Assembly: GCF_964194155.1 (NCBI RefSeq)
Contig: NC_135889.1
Coordinates: forward strand, 100,812,001 to 100,876,000
Source: Cetorhinus maximus
Taxonomy: Eukaryota
Direction: 5' to 3'
DNA length: 64,000 bases
The position numbers and the translations under genes were made by a program. Positions 38,746-51,660 of the stretch are shown in pieces; positions within the stretch are counted from its first letter, which is position 1, and each line of letters begins with the position of its first letter. The notes beneath the pieces are model-generated. The model did no database searches. It had not been told where the DNA came from and was given only the letters and a program-made list of their open reading frames with translations.

Positions 38746-39020
38746 CTGAAAGGACAGAGGAGCATTGGTTAGTCCACTGTCTACCTGAAACGCCATTGCA
38801 GCTCCGCCTGAGGAACATCTTGCACGGTACATCTGAGTTCTGGCCCTTGAGCTGCAAGGCACTCAGTCCAAGCAGCCAGAGCTCACCCCTTAGGCCAGCT
38901 CCGGCATCATTGACAGTTGCCGCTCAGACTGTAGAACATCCCTGAGTTCCACGGAGGGGCAGCCAGCTCTTAACATTTCAGATCCAGATCCTGGGTTTTT
39001 TTAAAATGATCTGTTAACAT

Positions 39021-39880
39021 CGGGATAAAGACAAAAAATTCTGGAAAAACCCACCAGGTCCGGCAGCATCTGTTGAGAGAGAAACAGAGTTAACCTCTCA
39101 AGTAAATATGACTCTTCTTCAGACCTAAAGAGAAGTAGGAATGTGATGGATTTTACACCGTTTAAGAAGGTTTGGGGCAGGTGGAGCAAGATAGAAGGTC
39201 AGGGATAGGTGGGAGCTAAGGAGATATTGACAAAGATGCTATGAACACAAGACAAAGGGAGTGTTAATGATAGTGGTAAAGACTAAAGAAGGTGCTGATC
39301 GTGGCATAAAGGTAAGAGCAGAATGTGTTAATAGCAGAACAAGGGTCAGCGTTCTGTGAAAGCACAACATAGAAACCGGTGACAGATAGCCTTGTTGTGG
39401 GGGCCGGGGCGGGGGGGTGGGTGGTGTGTGGTTGTGGTGGGGGGTAGTGGTTATGGGCGGGTGGAGGACAGATGAGTTGGGGCAAAAGGATAAAAACAAT
39501 TAATAAATAAGTAAAAGCAAATATAAACTAAAAATTAGAATTAAAATTTAAAAACACAATTAGATTAAAAAAGGGGTAAAGATGGAATAGAGTTCATGGT
39601 CTGAAGTTGTTGAACTCAATGTTAAGTCTGGAAGGCTGTAAATTGCCTAATCAGGAGATAGGGTGCTGGTCCTCCAGTTTTCATTGGGCTTCACTGGGAC
39701 ATTGCAGTAGGCCAAGGATGGACATGTGGGTTTGAGAGCAAGATGGTGTGTTGAAATGGCAAGCCACAGGAATGTCTGGGTCATGCTTGTGGACAGACTG
39801 AAGCATTCTGCAAAGTAGTCACCCAATCTGTGTTTAGTCTCCCCAATGTAGAGGAGACCACATTAGGAACAGTAAATACT
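39021..39880 (-). mobile_element. Penelope-like element, inverted arm (GIY-YIG end plus pLTR)
   Basis: Minus strand reads CGLLYIGETKHRLGD and is the reverse complement of about 40093-40880. Confidence 0.88.
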
Positions 39881-39954
39881 TTGGGGAGAACAGTTAAGGA
39901 AAAAGGAAGACATGTCAGAAGCGTGGTTTTGGAAGGTGGCATCAGCGGAGCAGA

Positions 39955-40907
39955 TACGACAGCATTTTCCCATGCATTCGCAGGAGGTGCAACGCCTGTC
40001 CCTTTACCTCCTCCTTCTTCATCGTCCAAAGCCCTAAACACTCCTTACAGGTGAAGCAGCGCTTCACTTGCACCTCCTTCAATTTGGTCTACTGTATTCA
40101 CTGCTCCCAGTGCAGTCTCCGCTACACTCGGGGGACTAAGCGCAGACTGGGTGACCGCTTTGCAGAACCCCTTCGCTTAGTCTGCAAGCATGACCCAGAC
40201 CTTCATGTCACTTGCAATTTCAACACACTATTCTGCTCTCATGCCCACATGTCTGTCCTTGGCCTGCTGCAATGTTTCAGTGAAGCCCAACACAAACTGG
40301 AGGAACAGCACTTCGTCTTCCAATTAGGCACTTTACAGCCTTCTGGGCTTAATATTGAGTTCAACAACTTCAGACCATGCACTTGCTCCTCCATCATTAA
40401 CCCTTCTTTAATCAAGTTTTTTTTTATTTAATTTTTTTTCTCTATTTGTTCATTTTTTAAATCATTTTCCCAACCCCTCTGCCATTACCACCACACCTCC
40501 CTCCTGCCACAACTCACAAAGGGCCATCTGACACTGATTTCTATGTTGTGCTGTCACAGAACTCTGACCCTTCTTCTGCTATTAACACATTCTGCTCTTA
40601 ACTTTATGCCACTATCAGCACCTTCTTTACCAATACCGTTAACACTCCCTTTGTCTTGTGTCCATGATACCTTTTTCAATCTCTCCTTAGCTCCCACCTA
40701 TCCCTGGCCTTCTACCTTGTTCCACTTGCTACACCCCCTCTTAAACAGTATAAAATCCATCACATATCTACTTCTCTTTAGCTCTGAAGAAAAGTCAAAC
40801 GGACTTGAAACATTGACTCTGTTTCTCCACAGATGCTGCCAGACCTGCTAGGTTTTTTCAGCAATTTTTTGTTTTTATTTCAGATTTCCAGCAGTATTTT
40901 GCTTTCA
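39955..40907 (+). mobile_element. Penelope-like element 3' part: GIY-YIG endonuclease remnant plus pLTR
   Basis: FPC.RRRCNACPFTSS, KQRFTCTSFNLVYCIHCSQC.LRY..GTKRRLGDRFAE, KLEEQHFVFQLGTLQPSGLNIEFNNF. Confidence 0.92.
40780..40820 (+). ncRNA. Hammerhead-like motif in Penelope pLTR (mutated stem III)
   Basis: CTGAAGA-a-AAGTC-aaacg-GACTT-GAAAC. Confidence 0.55.
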
Positions 40908-43533
40908 TGTTAACATTAGGAGATAGGGCAACTTGGCTTCTTGTAAGAATGTTGTGAACTGTTTTATTTTGAATGTTGCTGATTGTTTTAGAATGTGTGG
41001 ATTGTCTCAGCTGCTCTGGTGCAGTTTGTCAAGGCTGTTAAAATGTGAGCAGAGTTTTCAGTGCAGGTAGTTGGATGTGGATTGGCCTGAAGCCTCCTCA
41101 GTGAGATGGAAGCTCTGAATAAAAATATTTCTTTTTTCAGCTTTGTAGTTACAGAGCATCAACAAGGCTGGGAAAAGCTTCAAGAAAGAGCTGCGTAATT
41201 GTAATAACATTGAGTTAATACAGTGTGGTGAAGGTATGCACTCTACTGACTGCCCTCTCACTAGTTTTGTTATGTAATTCAGTGACACTTTTTACTGTCA
41301 GTTCTTACCTATTGCTTCTTTTGTAGGAAACATTTCCTGGCAATATCCAGGACATTGGCATTTCACCATCACCACCCCCAGTCAGAAATAAATGTTTGTA
41401 ACTCCCTCTAAATGAACAAAGCAATTCCAGTGCTGGAGAATTGCAATAGCAGTCACTACAGAAACTATGACTTATTTTATAGTGGCTTTATTGCAAGATA
41501 CTTCATATTGAATTGTTCTCCAAGGAAAACTGCATCAGTATGAAAAGGGAACTCTTGTATTGTAATCTCATACTTGCTCGTGTGATTTTGTGTTTGTTTG
41601 TGGCCTGGCGAATTGAAAGCAAAAATGACAAGAACAAGCATCTGCTGTCAAGAGGCTGCTCAGAGCTCACTGTAAGGACAGTGATTGTTCCATAACTCCC
41701 CTCTCACCCACAACAGCCCAAAGAACATAATGGCAAGACACACTACTTTATTCCCAATATATGTTGTAGCCTGGCTTCTAAGTTACACCAATTTTCATTT
41801 TCTAGTCATATAACCAGCTACATAGCCATTTCAACTTCGTATCGCTGCAAATGGCAGCTTCGATGCGTTAAATTGGACATTTTGGGAGTATTTTATTTCC
41901 TTGATGTTGGAAATATGCAACCCAATGCTGAGCAAAGCTATATGTTCTAGGTACCAGGAAAGTCATCCTGGGAAATGTCAAGTGCCAGAAGGTGAAAAGG
42001 AGATTGCAATTTAGGAGATCTTTGAAGCCAGACTCATTTCCTAGAACAGAGAGGAACAGCCTGTTCTTAGTTCATTCAATTCCAGTTCATATGTTTCCAT
42101 TTTTTTTAAAAGGATATATAACATTTAATTTATCAGTTTTTTTCCTATTGCTAGAGTTTCCCTCGTCCTACTCCGGCTGAGAGAATTCATGCTTCAACCC
42201 TGCAACAATGTTGTCTATAGTCAGCTGTTAAGAGTCGAACAAGAGCTGCTTGTGATGACTGTCCATTAAGTTTTTCATTCCTCTCTGGAATGCACTTGGT
42301 TGCAATGCAGCCATTTATATTTGGAATAACTGATCTGAAATTAGGTATTCATTATGTGAGGGCCCTTGGCCAGACAGATTGGACACAGGCTATGGAAGGA
42401 ATGGGTTTGATGGGATTCATAGTTCTTTTCTCACTGCTTCGTTTCTTATGCTGCTATTGGTCTATCTCCTTGAACTGAAAGTACAGCCAGCATCAGGAAA
42501 GGGCTGGGAATAGGTGGACTGACTCCCTTCGTCTTTACGTAGCAAACAACTTCCAAAATTATGAGCGGAGGTAGCGGTGCAGTTTGGGGTGAGGATGGTA
42601 AAGCAACAAATCAAACCCAATTCTTTTAGTCTTCCCTGGTGGCACATCTTTTTCAAAGTGTTCCAGTCAGGTATTTGAAATGTTATTAAAATGTCATGTA
42701 CAAGTGCTGGACAATTGTTCAAATACCCTGAATAGGATCTTAGTTTTTGCTTAAACAAATGTTTTCTGCATTATTCAAGTTATTAGCTGGTATCCAAGTG
42801 ACTGTATTTTCCTTGCTTTGGAGATTAACAGTTCTGACCTGCAGCCTATGAATGCTGGCAAGATGGCTGATCTTTTGTTAACCATGTCAGTGCTCTTAAT
42901 GTTTAGAGTGGTGAAAGACAGAGGCCACATCACATACTTGTCCAGTGATTACTTGACATGATTCCCAACAACTGGACAATTAGAAGCAGGTATATATAGT
43001 TTGCCTGGGAAAAAAAAAATTAAAATCTATTCAGACCAAAAAATAACTTTTGAAATGTAGTGGCTGATGCAGGCTCTGCCAAATGTTCACTGGGGAAACT
43101 CTCGCTGGGCATTGTGAGGATGAACCTTTGTGAGGAACAGATGGCAGACAATTGTGTTCATTTGCAACAAATAAGAAAAAAACAGTTCCATTCCTATCAA
43201 TTTTTGTTGAGATTTGAGTGCTGATCTGTGTCCATGTAAACAGAGCAGCGTGTAGAGTCTGTGCCCACTTTGTAAACATTGCATAAGCTTTTCGCAAAAA
43301 TGACCCATGGGGCTTACATCTGAAAATGCATTCCAGATGCAGTGCAGGTTACATTGTTCAATGGATAATATGTGTTCTGGCAGAAACTGGACAAATAACT
43401 GGGTTTGAATGTGAACTTTCTCAACTATTGCATTTTGATGATTTTATTTCCATTCACTATGCCAACTGTTTGAGAAATATTCTCACCTTTCTGAGTGTTG
43501 GATTCTATTCACAGGATTTATATATAAAATAAT

Positions 43534-44276
43534 GGTTTGGTCTTTGTACACAGGAGTTCTTTGACAGTTGTCAGGTAGAATGGCCGAGATTTCGTCATGC
43601 CAAAGGGGGTCTCGCTTACCAGTCAGAGAACCGGTGGAGAGCACCACCCCTCAATTCAGATGGAATCAAGCATCCCTCAGGCAGTTGAGTGGGCACTCTC
43701 AGGCCTCCCCCACGATTGAGGTCCTTGTCGGTGGAAGTCCCGCCCATAGAGAGTTGCCGTCCAATCAGAAGCAGGCAGCTCCTCATGCCACTAGTGCCAG
43801 TGAGAGCGGTGGCTTCTGGCAGATTGCACCCACCAAAGGCAAAAGGTGGACAGAGGGTGGGTTGAGGGTCGCGGGGTGGGGTGGGTTCACGGGAAGGGGA
43901 GATGAAGACAAGAGCAGGTGGGTGGCTTTCTGCAGCCATTCTCCTGCCCGGTGCTAGGTCCCTTGAGAGCAAGGGAGCCCTCCCCTCCCTGGAGGCCGCT
44001 GGGCTAGGTGCAGGAAAGCCATGTTTCCTCCATTTAGTCCCTGAGCCATCACTAAGTTGCAGTGGGCTGAGGGATAATGAGCGTCAATTGGCTCATTATT
44101 GAATCTAATTGATATTCTGTTGGCAATGGCCAGGAATTCCGCATCAGCCTCTTCTGTTCTCCCTCTTAACAGGGGAGGTTTTGCCGCCATTGGAAGACCA
44201 ACAGAAGGCCTCTCCCATGAATAACTGAGCCTGGCCACCATGTTTCCCCTATGATGATCTGCAGTAAATTCAACCC
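43534..44276. mobile_element. Harbinger-type MITE
   Basis: Degenerate TIRs GGTTTGGTCTTT / TAAATTCAACCC, AAT on both sides. GC-rich body resembles the 17159 and 55154 elements. Confidence 0.65.
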
Positions 44277-46930
44277 AATGTTTTCTGCTGGCGTATCTTC
44301 AGTAATTAAGAAAATGATTCATCACTTTAGAATATGCTCTGCTTGGACAGCTCAACCTTTGCAGTTGGGCAATTTGAACTGAAGATATTTTTCAAAACCT
44401 GGGAGTAAACTCTGTCCTCTGAGATAATTTGACCTATCCCAGCCCTTCTTTACAGGCCTTTGCAGTTAGTAGTTCAAGCTGTGTGTAGACGCTACAAGCT
44501 CTCCTAGTGGGTAAATGGCACTGACCTGCAAAAACCGATTGCAAGAACTGATTGCATAAGGGCAGCACACTCATGATCATTCATCTGGTGCTGTACTGCA
44601 CAGTTAAATGCACCAGTGAATATGCAGGCTTGTTACAGTGCAAGCTATTTTTATGAAATTACATTTTCCGGGGAGTTGCCTTATCAGCATGTGGCTTTAC
44701 CTTAGCTAGAACTAGAGGGTGAGACAATGATGACCAATTAGTTTGTTTAACTGATTTAATTATGATTAATATGACCTGTAAACTGCAGCTTTCAACCACT
44801 CAGCAGCAGCAGGCTGTTTAGATATTTGATCAAAGGCATACTTAAGTTATTTAACTTCATTCTAAAATGGACTGAGATTGAAATTAATTTATGTTCTTGT
44901 CTTAATGCTACTCTCAGAAGGTCTATTTTTTTTGTAACAAACTGCACCCTGTTTAAAAAAATAGGATTGCATTAAGCTCTTCACTCTCCAGTGGCAATTT
45001 TACAACAGCTTTTGGTACGAGACTTAATTTTGCCCATTGTTCAAGGTTGGTTTTCTTTACCAATTCATTGATAACTATTTGTGAGATTGTTAAAATTCCC
45101 GTTGGGACTCTTGTTTGATTTGCAGTTAATTCCTGAAATCCAGCACAACTGCAAAATTTTCTCAGCTATCCTAAAGGCAAGCAGAAATATAGATTTGCTA
45201 GCATCAAATTATTTCACCGCCCCCCCCTCCCCATGTCTTAAAAACGAGTTTGTGTTGGTGAAAGAAATTCCAAATGATACACAGAGAGAAGCCCCTGCCT
45301 TTCAATGCAAAATAAGAACCAGTAAGTTCTACCTTGGTGACGTTACAAGACAATAACACCCTTTTGAAAATATCATTAAGCATCAAAAGGCGATAGTGCA
45401 CATTGTCACATGATGCACAATGTCAGGCAGACAGGTAATGGCACGGCATGTGCTATCAGACGCATTAAAGACATAATGCTATAAGCCACCAGTGGCTCAA
45501 TAATATTAATTATTTTTCACAACTTTTGATTTCCTTCCTGTTCCCTCTCTCTGGATCTTTCCACATATCCATCACTCCCTGACCTTGGCTGGAAAAGTGT
45601 TATTTTAACATTTCAAACTAAACAGAACTGTGTGCACTCCCCAACTAGCCAAAACCCCCCATTATTTCTGGTAATCCTAGCTTCTGCATTTGGTTTGGTT
45701 CACATCTCAATGAGAGGCCATAAAGTATTCTCTATACAGAGTGAACGGTGAAGAGACTGAAAAATGTAAAAACTTAAATTTAAATATTTAATGCCACTGC
45801 AAGGAAACAGATGGAACTTTTTGACTCTTGACAGGATTTCTATTGCCGCTCAGAACAAGGGCGCATCTTAAAAATCTAGCTGTAGACTAGTCTTTTTCAC
45901 TGAATTGCTGCTGAAGCTTTACATACCACAGCCAGTGCCATTTATTTCTTGCTTCTGACATATCTTATCATTAGTGAAACACATACTCTTGGTGAGTTAT
46001 GTCAGTTGTATAAAATGGATTTTCATTTCTGCAATATTCTTTGTTCCCAACATCTTCATCTAGCCAAATGTTTGTGATATTAGATAACAAACTGTCTGCA
46101 AACCTCAGTGAAAGGACTTCAACTGCAGATACAAAGCCAAGTGATTCAAGGGACAGAAAGAGGATTTTTCTGTTGAGAATGTAAGAAACACATATCAAGA
46201 TGGGAACGCTCAGCGTTTGTTCATTTACAACACTTTGTCAGCTGAAAGTTTTTCCTTTTTTTTACCTCTTTCCCATTTTCTTTCCCTTTGTACCCATCTT
46301 ATAATGTTATTTTTCCATTTTCATGCACAATTTCACAATGTTCTGTGAGGTATAGTAGCAGTTCATGTCTTGAGTGCCAAGGGCATTGGCCATTCATCTC
46401 CCAAGGGATTTTGAGTTAACCATTATGGATGGAATAAATTAAGTCACGTGTAAACCTGAGCTCTCATGGCACTAAAAATCCAGAAGTCCGTCCACATGAT
46501 AAACTTACTTGATCCCTGCTCTCTGAGGCCAAAATCAGAGTAACAATTTCAGAAAGATAATGGATGATATCCAGTTAACAATTTGTTCCCCTTTCATGTG
46601 CGGAGTGGAGGAATGGAAATAGGCAGAAGAAGGTGGACGAAAGATCAATAACTTGAAAATTGAAATGTGACACAGCTAAGAAAAGGCACAGAGAGCTTGG
46701 AGAAAGAAAAAGTTGAGATGAGTGAGGGAGGACACTGGTTTAAATGGGACCATGAAATATGAGCTAATACTGAAGTTATCTCAAAGTTGACAGTATTAGT
46801 CAAAGAATGAAGCATGTGGTGATTGCCATGCAACTACCATACTAATGGAAAAAAAAATCATCCATGGATGTTGAATTATTCTCTCACATTTGTTAAACTT
46901 TTCTTTGGATAACGCCATACCGAAGACTGT

Positions 46931-47196
46931 TGTAGGGTGTTGGTTACAGTTCAGTAGGTCTGAAGTAGTCTTCACAGCCACACATTGGGTAACTGTAAGT
47001 CCTTATTGCATCCTAGAACTATTTTCAAATATGCAAGAAAGGGTACAAGCTAGGAGCTGTCTCCATACCCACTGGTACACACAGCTCTGTCCAACATTCA
47101 ACTGACTCCTGGGTGTGAGTCATGTGCCTCTTACATCACCTTGTGGGCGGTACTGAACTCAGACCTACGCTATATGTGCCAGACCCAAAAACTACA
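46931..47196 (-). repeat. 3' LTR of Gypsy element
   Basis: TGTAG...CTACA termini, aligns with 53376-53647. Confidence 0.9.
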
Positions 47197-50175
47197 CCTC
47201 CCTCATCCAATTTATTTTAAATTATTATATTTTACCTTATGTGTTACATTGTCACTACTACATTATCTACCCCATCTCCTCTCTTCAAGTCCTTGAATTC
47301 AAAGGTTCAGGTGGTCTGGAGGCCTTATAACACTTCCATATCTCATTCGCACTACTATCGGAAGAGTGGTAGGCTCTGTCACTGCTGTTTCTTCCTGCAA
47401 GTTTGGAGGTTGACCTGGCATCTGGGTATCTTCCTCGATATCTCTTGACTGTGCAGCAGGGACAGGCAGTGTAGGGATGGGAGGAGACTCCTCCTGTTTC
47501 TTATGACTGCACCCTCTGCTGTGCCAACCAGGTAGGAGCAAGGTCGATCCTTGTCCTTTCTAATGACAATTCCTTCTCTCTCAAGGTCTTTAATCCAGAC
47601 CTTGTCACCTTTCTGTAATTTAACCTTTCTGTAAGTGTCTAGTCTGGTACTTTTTGTTGTAGGCAGAAGTTTGCTGACACCTGTACAACTGCTGTCTTAC
47701 TTTGATTCCCTGGTAATCCTTGGTTACCAACCCTGGTAAAAGTTTATTCAGCAGGATTGGAAGTTGCGTGCGGAGTTTCCTGCCTATCAGGAGTTCGGAT
47801 GGGGAAAGGCTGCACTGTAAAGGGGTGGACCTGTATGTGAGCAGTGCGGTAGAGAAGTCCTCTTCCTTATTTAGGAGGGATTTTGCTCAACGGACTCCTC
47901 TTTCAGCCTCCCCATTTGACTGTGGGTATCTCAGGGAGCTGGTGCGGTGGTGGAAGCCGGATGTGGTGGTGAAGTTCACGAAGTACTCATTGGAAAATTG
48001 TGGGCCATTATGAGACACTATCTTGTCTGGGATGACGTGGCTCCTGAACAGCTCTTTCAATGCCTTAGTTACTGCCTCTATGGTAGTCGTATATAGTTGC
48101 TTCACCTCAGCCCATCTGGAGAAGTAGTCTACCACTATAAGGATCGATTTGCTGCCTCTCCCATGGCTTGGTAAAGAATTATGTGGGGATGCGGGGCTTG
48201 CTTTGGTACTGCTTGTGCAACGTGCACATCTGGAAATTTGCAATAATGTCTTCGAACGCCTTGGGAATGCCTGGCCACCAGACAGCAGTTTGGGCCCGTG
48301 CTCTGCACTTGGTGATTCCCAGGGGGCCTTAGTGTATATTTTGAAGGATCTCTGGCCACTGGGAGACTGGGATAACCGGTTGTTTGTCGTAGACCAGGAG
48401 TTCATCTATAATCATAAAGTGTTTTTTGTTGTTCGAACCATGTCTTCATGGTCCCTCTGTTTGGTCTCTGCTGAGGCCTTTCTTATTGGCAGCGTCTGTG
48501 GATGTGGGCACACTCCTTATCGTGCATTTGTTCCTGGCGGACCTGTTGGAGTTTACTTATGGTCGCTGGCAGGTGTCTCCATGTCAAGTGGGAGTACGCT
48601 TCTAGTTGTTTGGTGAGATTGACATCCTGTTTTATTGGGAGGCCCAATATGGCCCTTGAAAGTGTGTCTGCTGTAGCCTGGTTTTTACCTTGGGCATATA
48701 CCGTCACGGTAGGCGAACCTCATGAGGCACAGGCGATTCTGGATTTTGGGATGCATCTTTGCTATTTCTGTCTCATCCAATAAGGAGACTAGTGATTCAT
48801 ATCTGTTTTGATTGTAACCTTGAGGCCAATTATATAGCCTGAAAACTTCTCACATGTCTATGCGATTGCAAGGGCTTCCTTTTCTATGATGATGTATATC
48901 ATCTCTGTGTCCAAAAGCCCTCTGGAAGTGTAGTACTCAGTTCAACAACTTCCATCCAGTTGTTCCTGGAACAGGACACCTCTGAGACCTATGGACGAAG
49001 CATTCGCTGCTATGGTGGTGGGTAGGGCTGAGTCATAGTGGGCTAGATTGTCAGTGAAGAGCAGCATTTCCTTGATGTGAGTGAATGCTTGCTCTTGAAG
49101 TGCATCCCATGCTTGGTCTTTCTTAAGTAGGTGCTTCAAGGGTCCTGTGACCTGTGCCAAATTCGGTAAAATCTTTGCCAGTTGGTTCACCATCCCCAGG
49201 AATTGCTGGAGGCCTGGAATTTAGAATGGAGTTGGGAAGTCACTGGTAGCCTTGGTTTTTTGTGGGTTTGCTGTGATGCCTTTATTGCTGATGATGTGGC
49301 CCAGGAATCAAATGGATGTTTTGGAAAACTAATATTTTTCATTCAGTGTCAGTGCTGCTTCCTGCAGGTGCTCTAAGACTGCTGTGAATTTTTTGTCATG
49401 TTCATCCACTGTTGTGTCATTGTCCATGTGGCAAATGACCCCCTGAAGGCCCTGCAAAATGGCCGACATCGTACGCTGGAATATTTCTGGTACCAACGTG
49501 ATTACAAACAGCAGGCAGTCAAAGCAGGATCTGCCGAAGCGGGTAATAAATGTCATCAGCAACCTGGGCTCTTCATTTAGAGGGAGTTACCAAAAACCAC
49601 TATTTGCATCCAGTTTTGAAAGTACCGTGCTCCTTGAGAGTTTAGCCAGGCTTTCATCCACTGAGGACATGGGATGTACTTCTCCGGCTACAGCTTTATT
49701 GAGCTGTGTCAGGTCGACGTGAATACCGAAGGAACCATTCGGTTTCGGGACTCTGACCATCCCGGAACAACATGCAGTTGGTTGTGTGACTGGGGAGATG
49801 ACTCCTGTGTTTGTCACCTCGCCCAGCTGCTGCTGCACCCGCTTCCTGAGTGGGCGGGGGACCTTACATGGTGTGAATAGGCACTTGGGTTTAGCATCCC
49901 CTCTCAGTGTGACCCTGTATGCATTTTTCAGTCGCCCCAGTCCTGTGAAGAGATTTGAGAACTCACATTTGTACTCAGAGCCAGACCCTTGGTGGCTGAC
50001 CTCCTCAATCTCCTGTCATAAGTAAAGTTCAGCATAGGCTTTGCAGCTTAGGAATGAACAGTCCTGGTTGTGGATCACAAAGAGGGTATCATGGATTGCG
50101 TTATTCTTGTATCTCAGTGTTGCCTGCAGGGTGCCTTTCACTGGGAGCTTTAAGCCTCCTGCCCCTTTAGGGGTG

Positions 50176-51660
50176 TGTCATGAGGTATAATAATTTTCAT
50201 AATATTTTTCTGGTTTAGAGTAAAGTAGGTTTATGGGGAGGGTGGTGGGTGTTGTGTTGTTCTGTCTGTGTGTGATTTAATTACATCTTGTTGCCAAGCA
50301 GACTGCAAGTTGAAGTATCAAATGAAGTGAGGTGTAGAGTGTCTTTAATATGTTAATGAGTAAACATAGTTGGAATCTTAGCATGTAAGGTGTAAAGGGA
50401 ATTTGCATTTGTAGATAGATGAAGGAAGATTTAGTTTTCAAAGGGATCTCTGTCTCTTTACAGTCAGGCAAGCAAGCTGAGGAATGTGTTTATTTTTCTC
50501 AAGGGGTTATTGATAATATATGGTGGCAACATGAAAAGATTTATATTATGAGAAAGGTAAAGTTCCAAAGACATGTGGACAATGGAATTTACACATTAAA
50601 AGGGAGAAGCATGTATAAAGGAGAATGAGGTTGTGTGTCAGGGAAGGCAAGTGAGATCTAACAGAAGTGTGAGAAGTCTCTGGTATTTGTGCATTAAGCC
50701 TGCTGTCTACAGAAACCGAAGCTGGGAAAAGCCACTTTGAATTCCACTGTCTAGGGTATTGTGTTAACCTGCTGGATCTGCTAAAATGTTCTTTTTTAAC
50801 CGTTGCTTTATCGGGGGTATTACTGGAAGCCAGGTTAATTAGGGATTGTAGGAGTTACTATAGTTGTAATTTGTAGACCTATGTATGTACTTGAAATCTT
50901 TTCTTTTGTTAATAAATATTTTAGTTTAGTTTTAAAAAAAACCTCTAGAGGCTTGGTGGACATATTACTTCTGAATTCAGGGCATGCATTTTGAAATAAA
51001 TACAAATTACAAAACCGTTGTGATAGCATGATCAAGTTTCCCTCATGGATTTGATACCTGGCACACATCATCTTTTTTTTATTCATTCATGGGATGTGGG
51101 CTTCGCTGGCTGGGCCAGCATTTACTGCCCATCCCTAGTTCCCCTTGAGAAGGTGGTGATGAGCTGCCTTCTAGAGCCACTGCAGTCCATGTGGTGTGGG
51201 TACACCCACAGTGCTGTTAGGAAGGGGGCTCCAGGATTTTGACCCAGCGACAATGAAGGCTGGTGCCTAGGTCGATGCTGGGTGATCCGTCCGGTTTCAT
51301 TCCTTTTTGGTGACTTTGTAGCGGTTTGTTACAACTGAGTGGCTTGCTAGGCCATTTTCAGAGGGCATTTAAGAGTCAGCCACATTGCTGTGGGTCTGGA
51401 GTCATGTGTAGGCCAGATAAGGACATCAGATTTCCTTCTCTAAAGGGCATTAGTGAACCAGATGGGTTTTTATAACAATTGACAATGGTTTCACGGTCAT
51501 CATTAGACTTTTAATTCCACATTTTTACTGAATTCAAATTCCACCATCTGCCATGGCGGAATTCGAATCTGGGTCCCCAGAGCAATACCCTGGGTCTCTG
51601 GATCACTAGTCTAGTGACAATGCCACTATACCATCGCCTCCCCTCTGCCGCATAGTAAGA
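50176..51660 (+). mobile_element. Solo LTR nested in the Gypsy protease region, itself interrupted by a SINE
   Basis: Exact TSD GGTG (50172-50175 / 51661-51664). Removing the insert restores QRLIPLMTP-LKG continuity. Starts TGTCA and has AATAAA at about 50911 and 50996. Confidence 0.85.
51071..51643 (-). mobile_element. Full-length tRNA-derived SINE with tail from the 12035-14838 LINE family
   Basis: Head GGGAGGCGATGGTATAGTGG (A box) and GATTCGAATTCC (B box). The 3' 190 bp match 14670-14835, ending in poly(A). Confidence 0.88.

Larger units (their letters stand above)
35736..38990 (+). mobile_element. Formerly autonomous PIF/Harbinger transposon (two convergent genes), right end lost
   Basis: Left TIR GGGCAGAACTTT, transposase on + and spliced partner gene on -. 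Confidence 0.88.

Noticed and set aside
48149-48616. 155-aa plus-strand ORF
   Set aside because: Antisense to the Gypsy RNaseH/integrase region.
51560-51643. tRNA gene (also heads at about 29085 and 56120)
   Set aside because: A and B boxes are present, but there is no full cloverleaf and they continue into SINE bodies.
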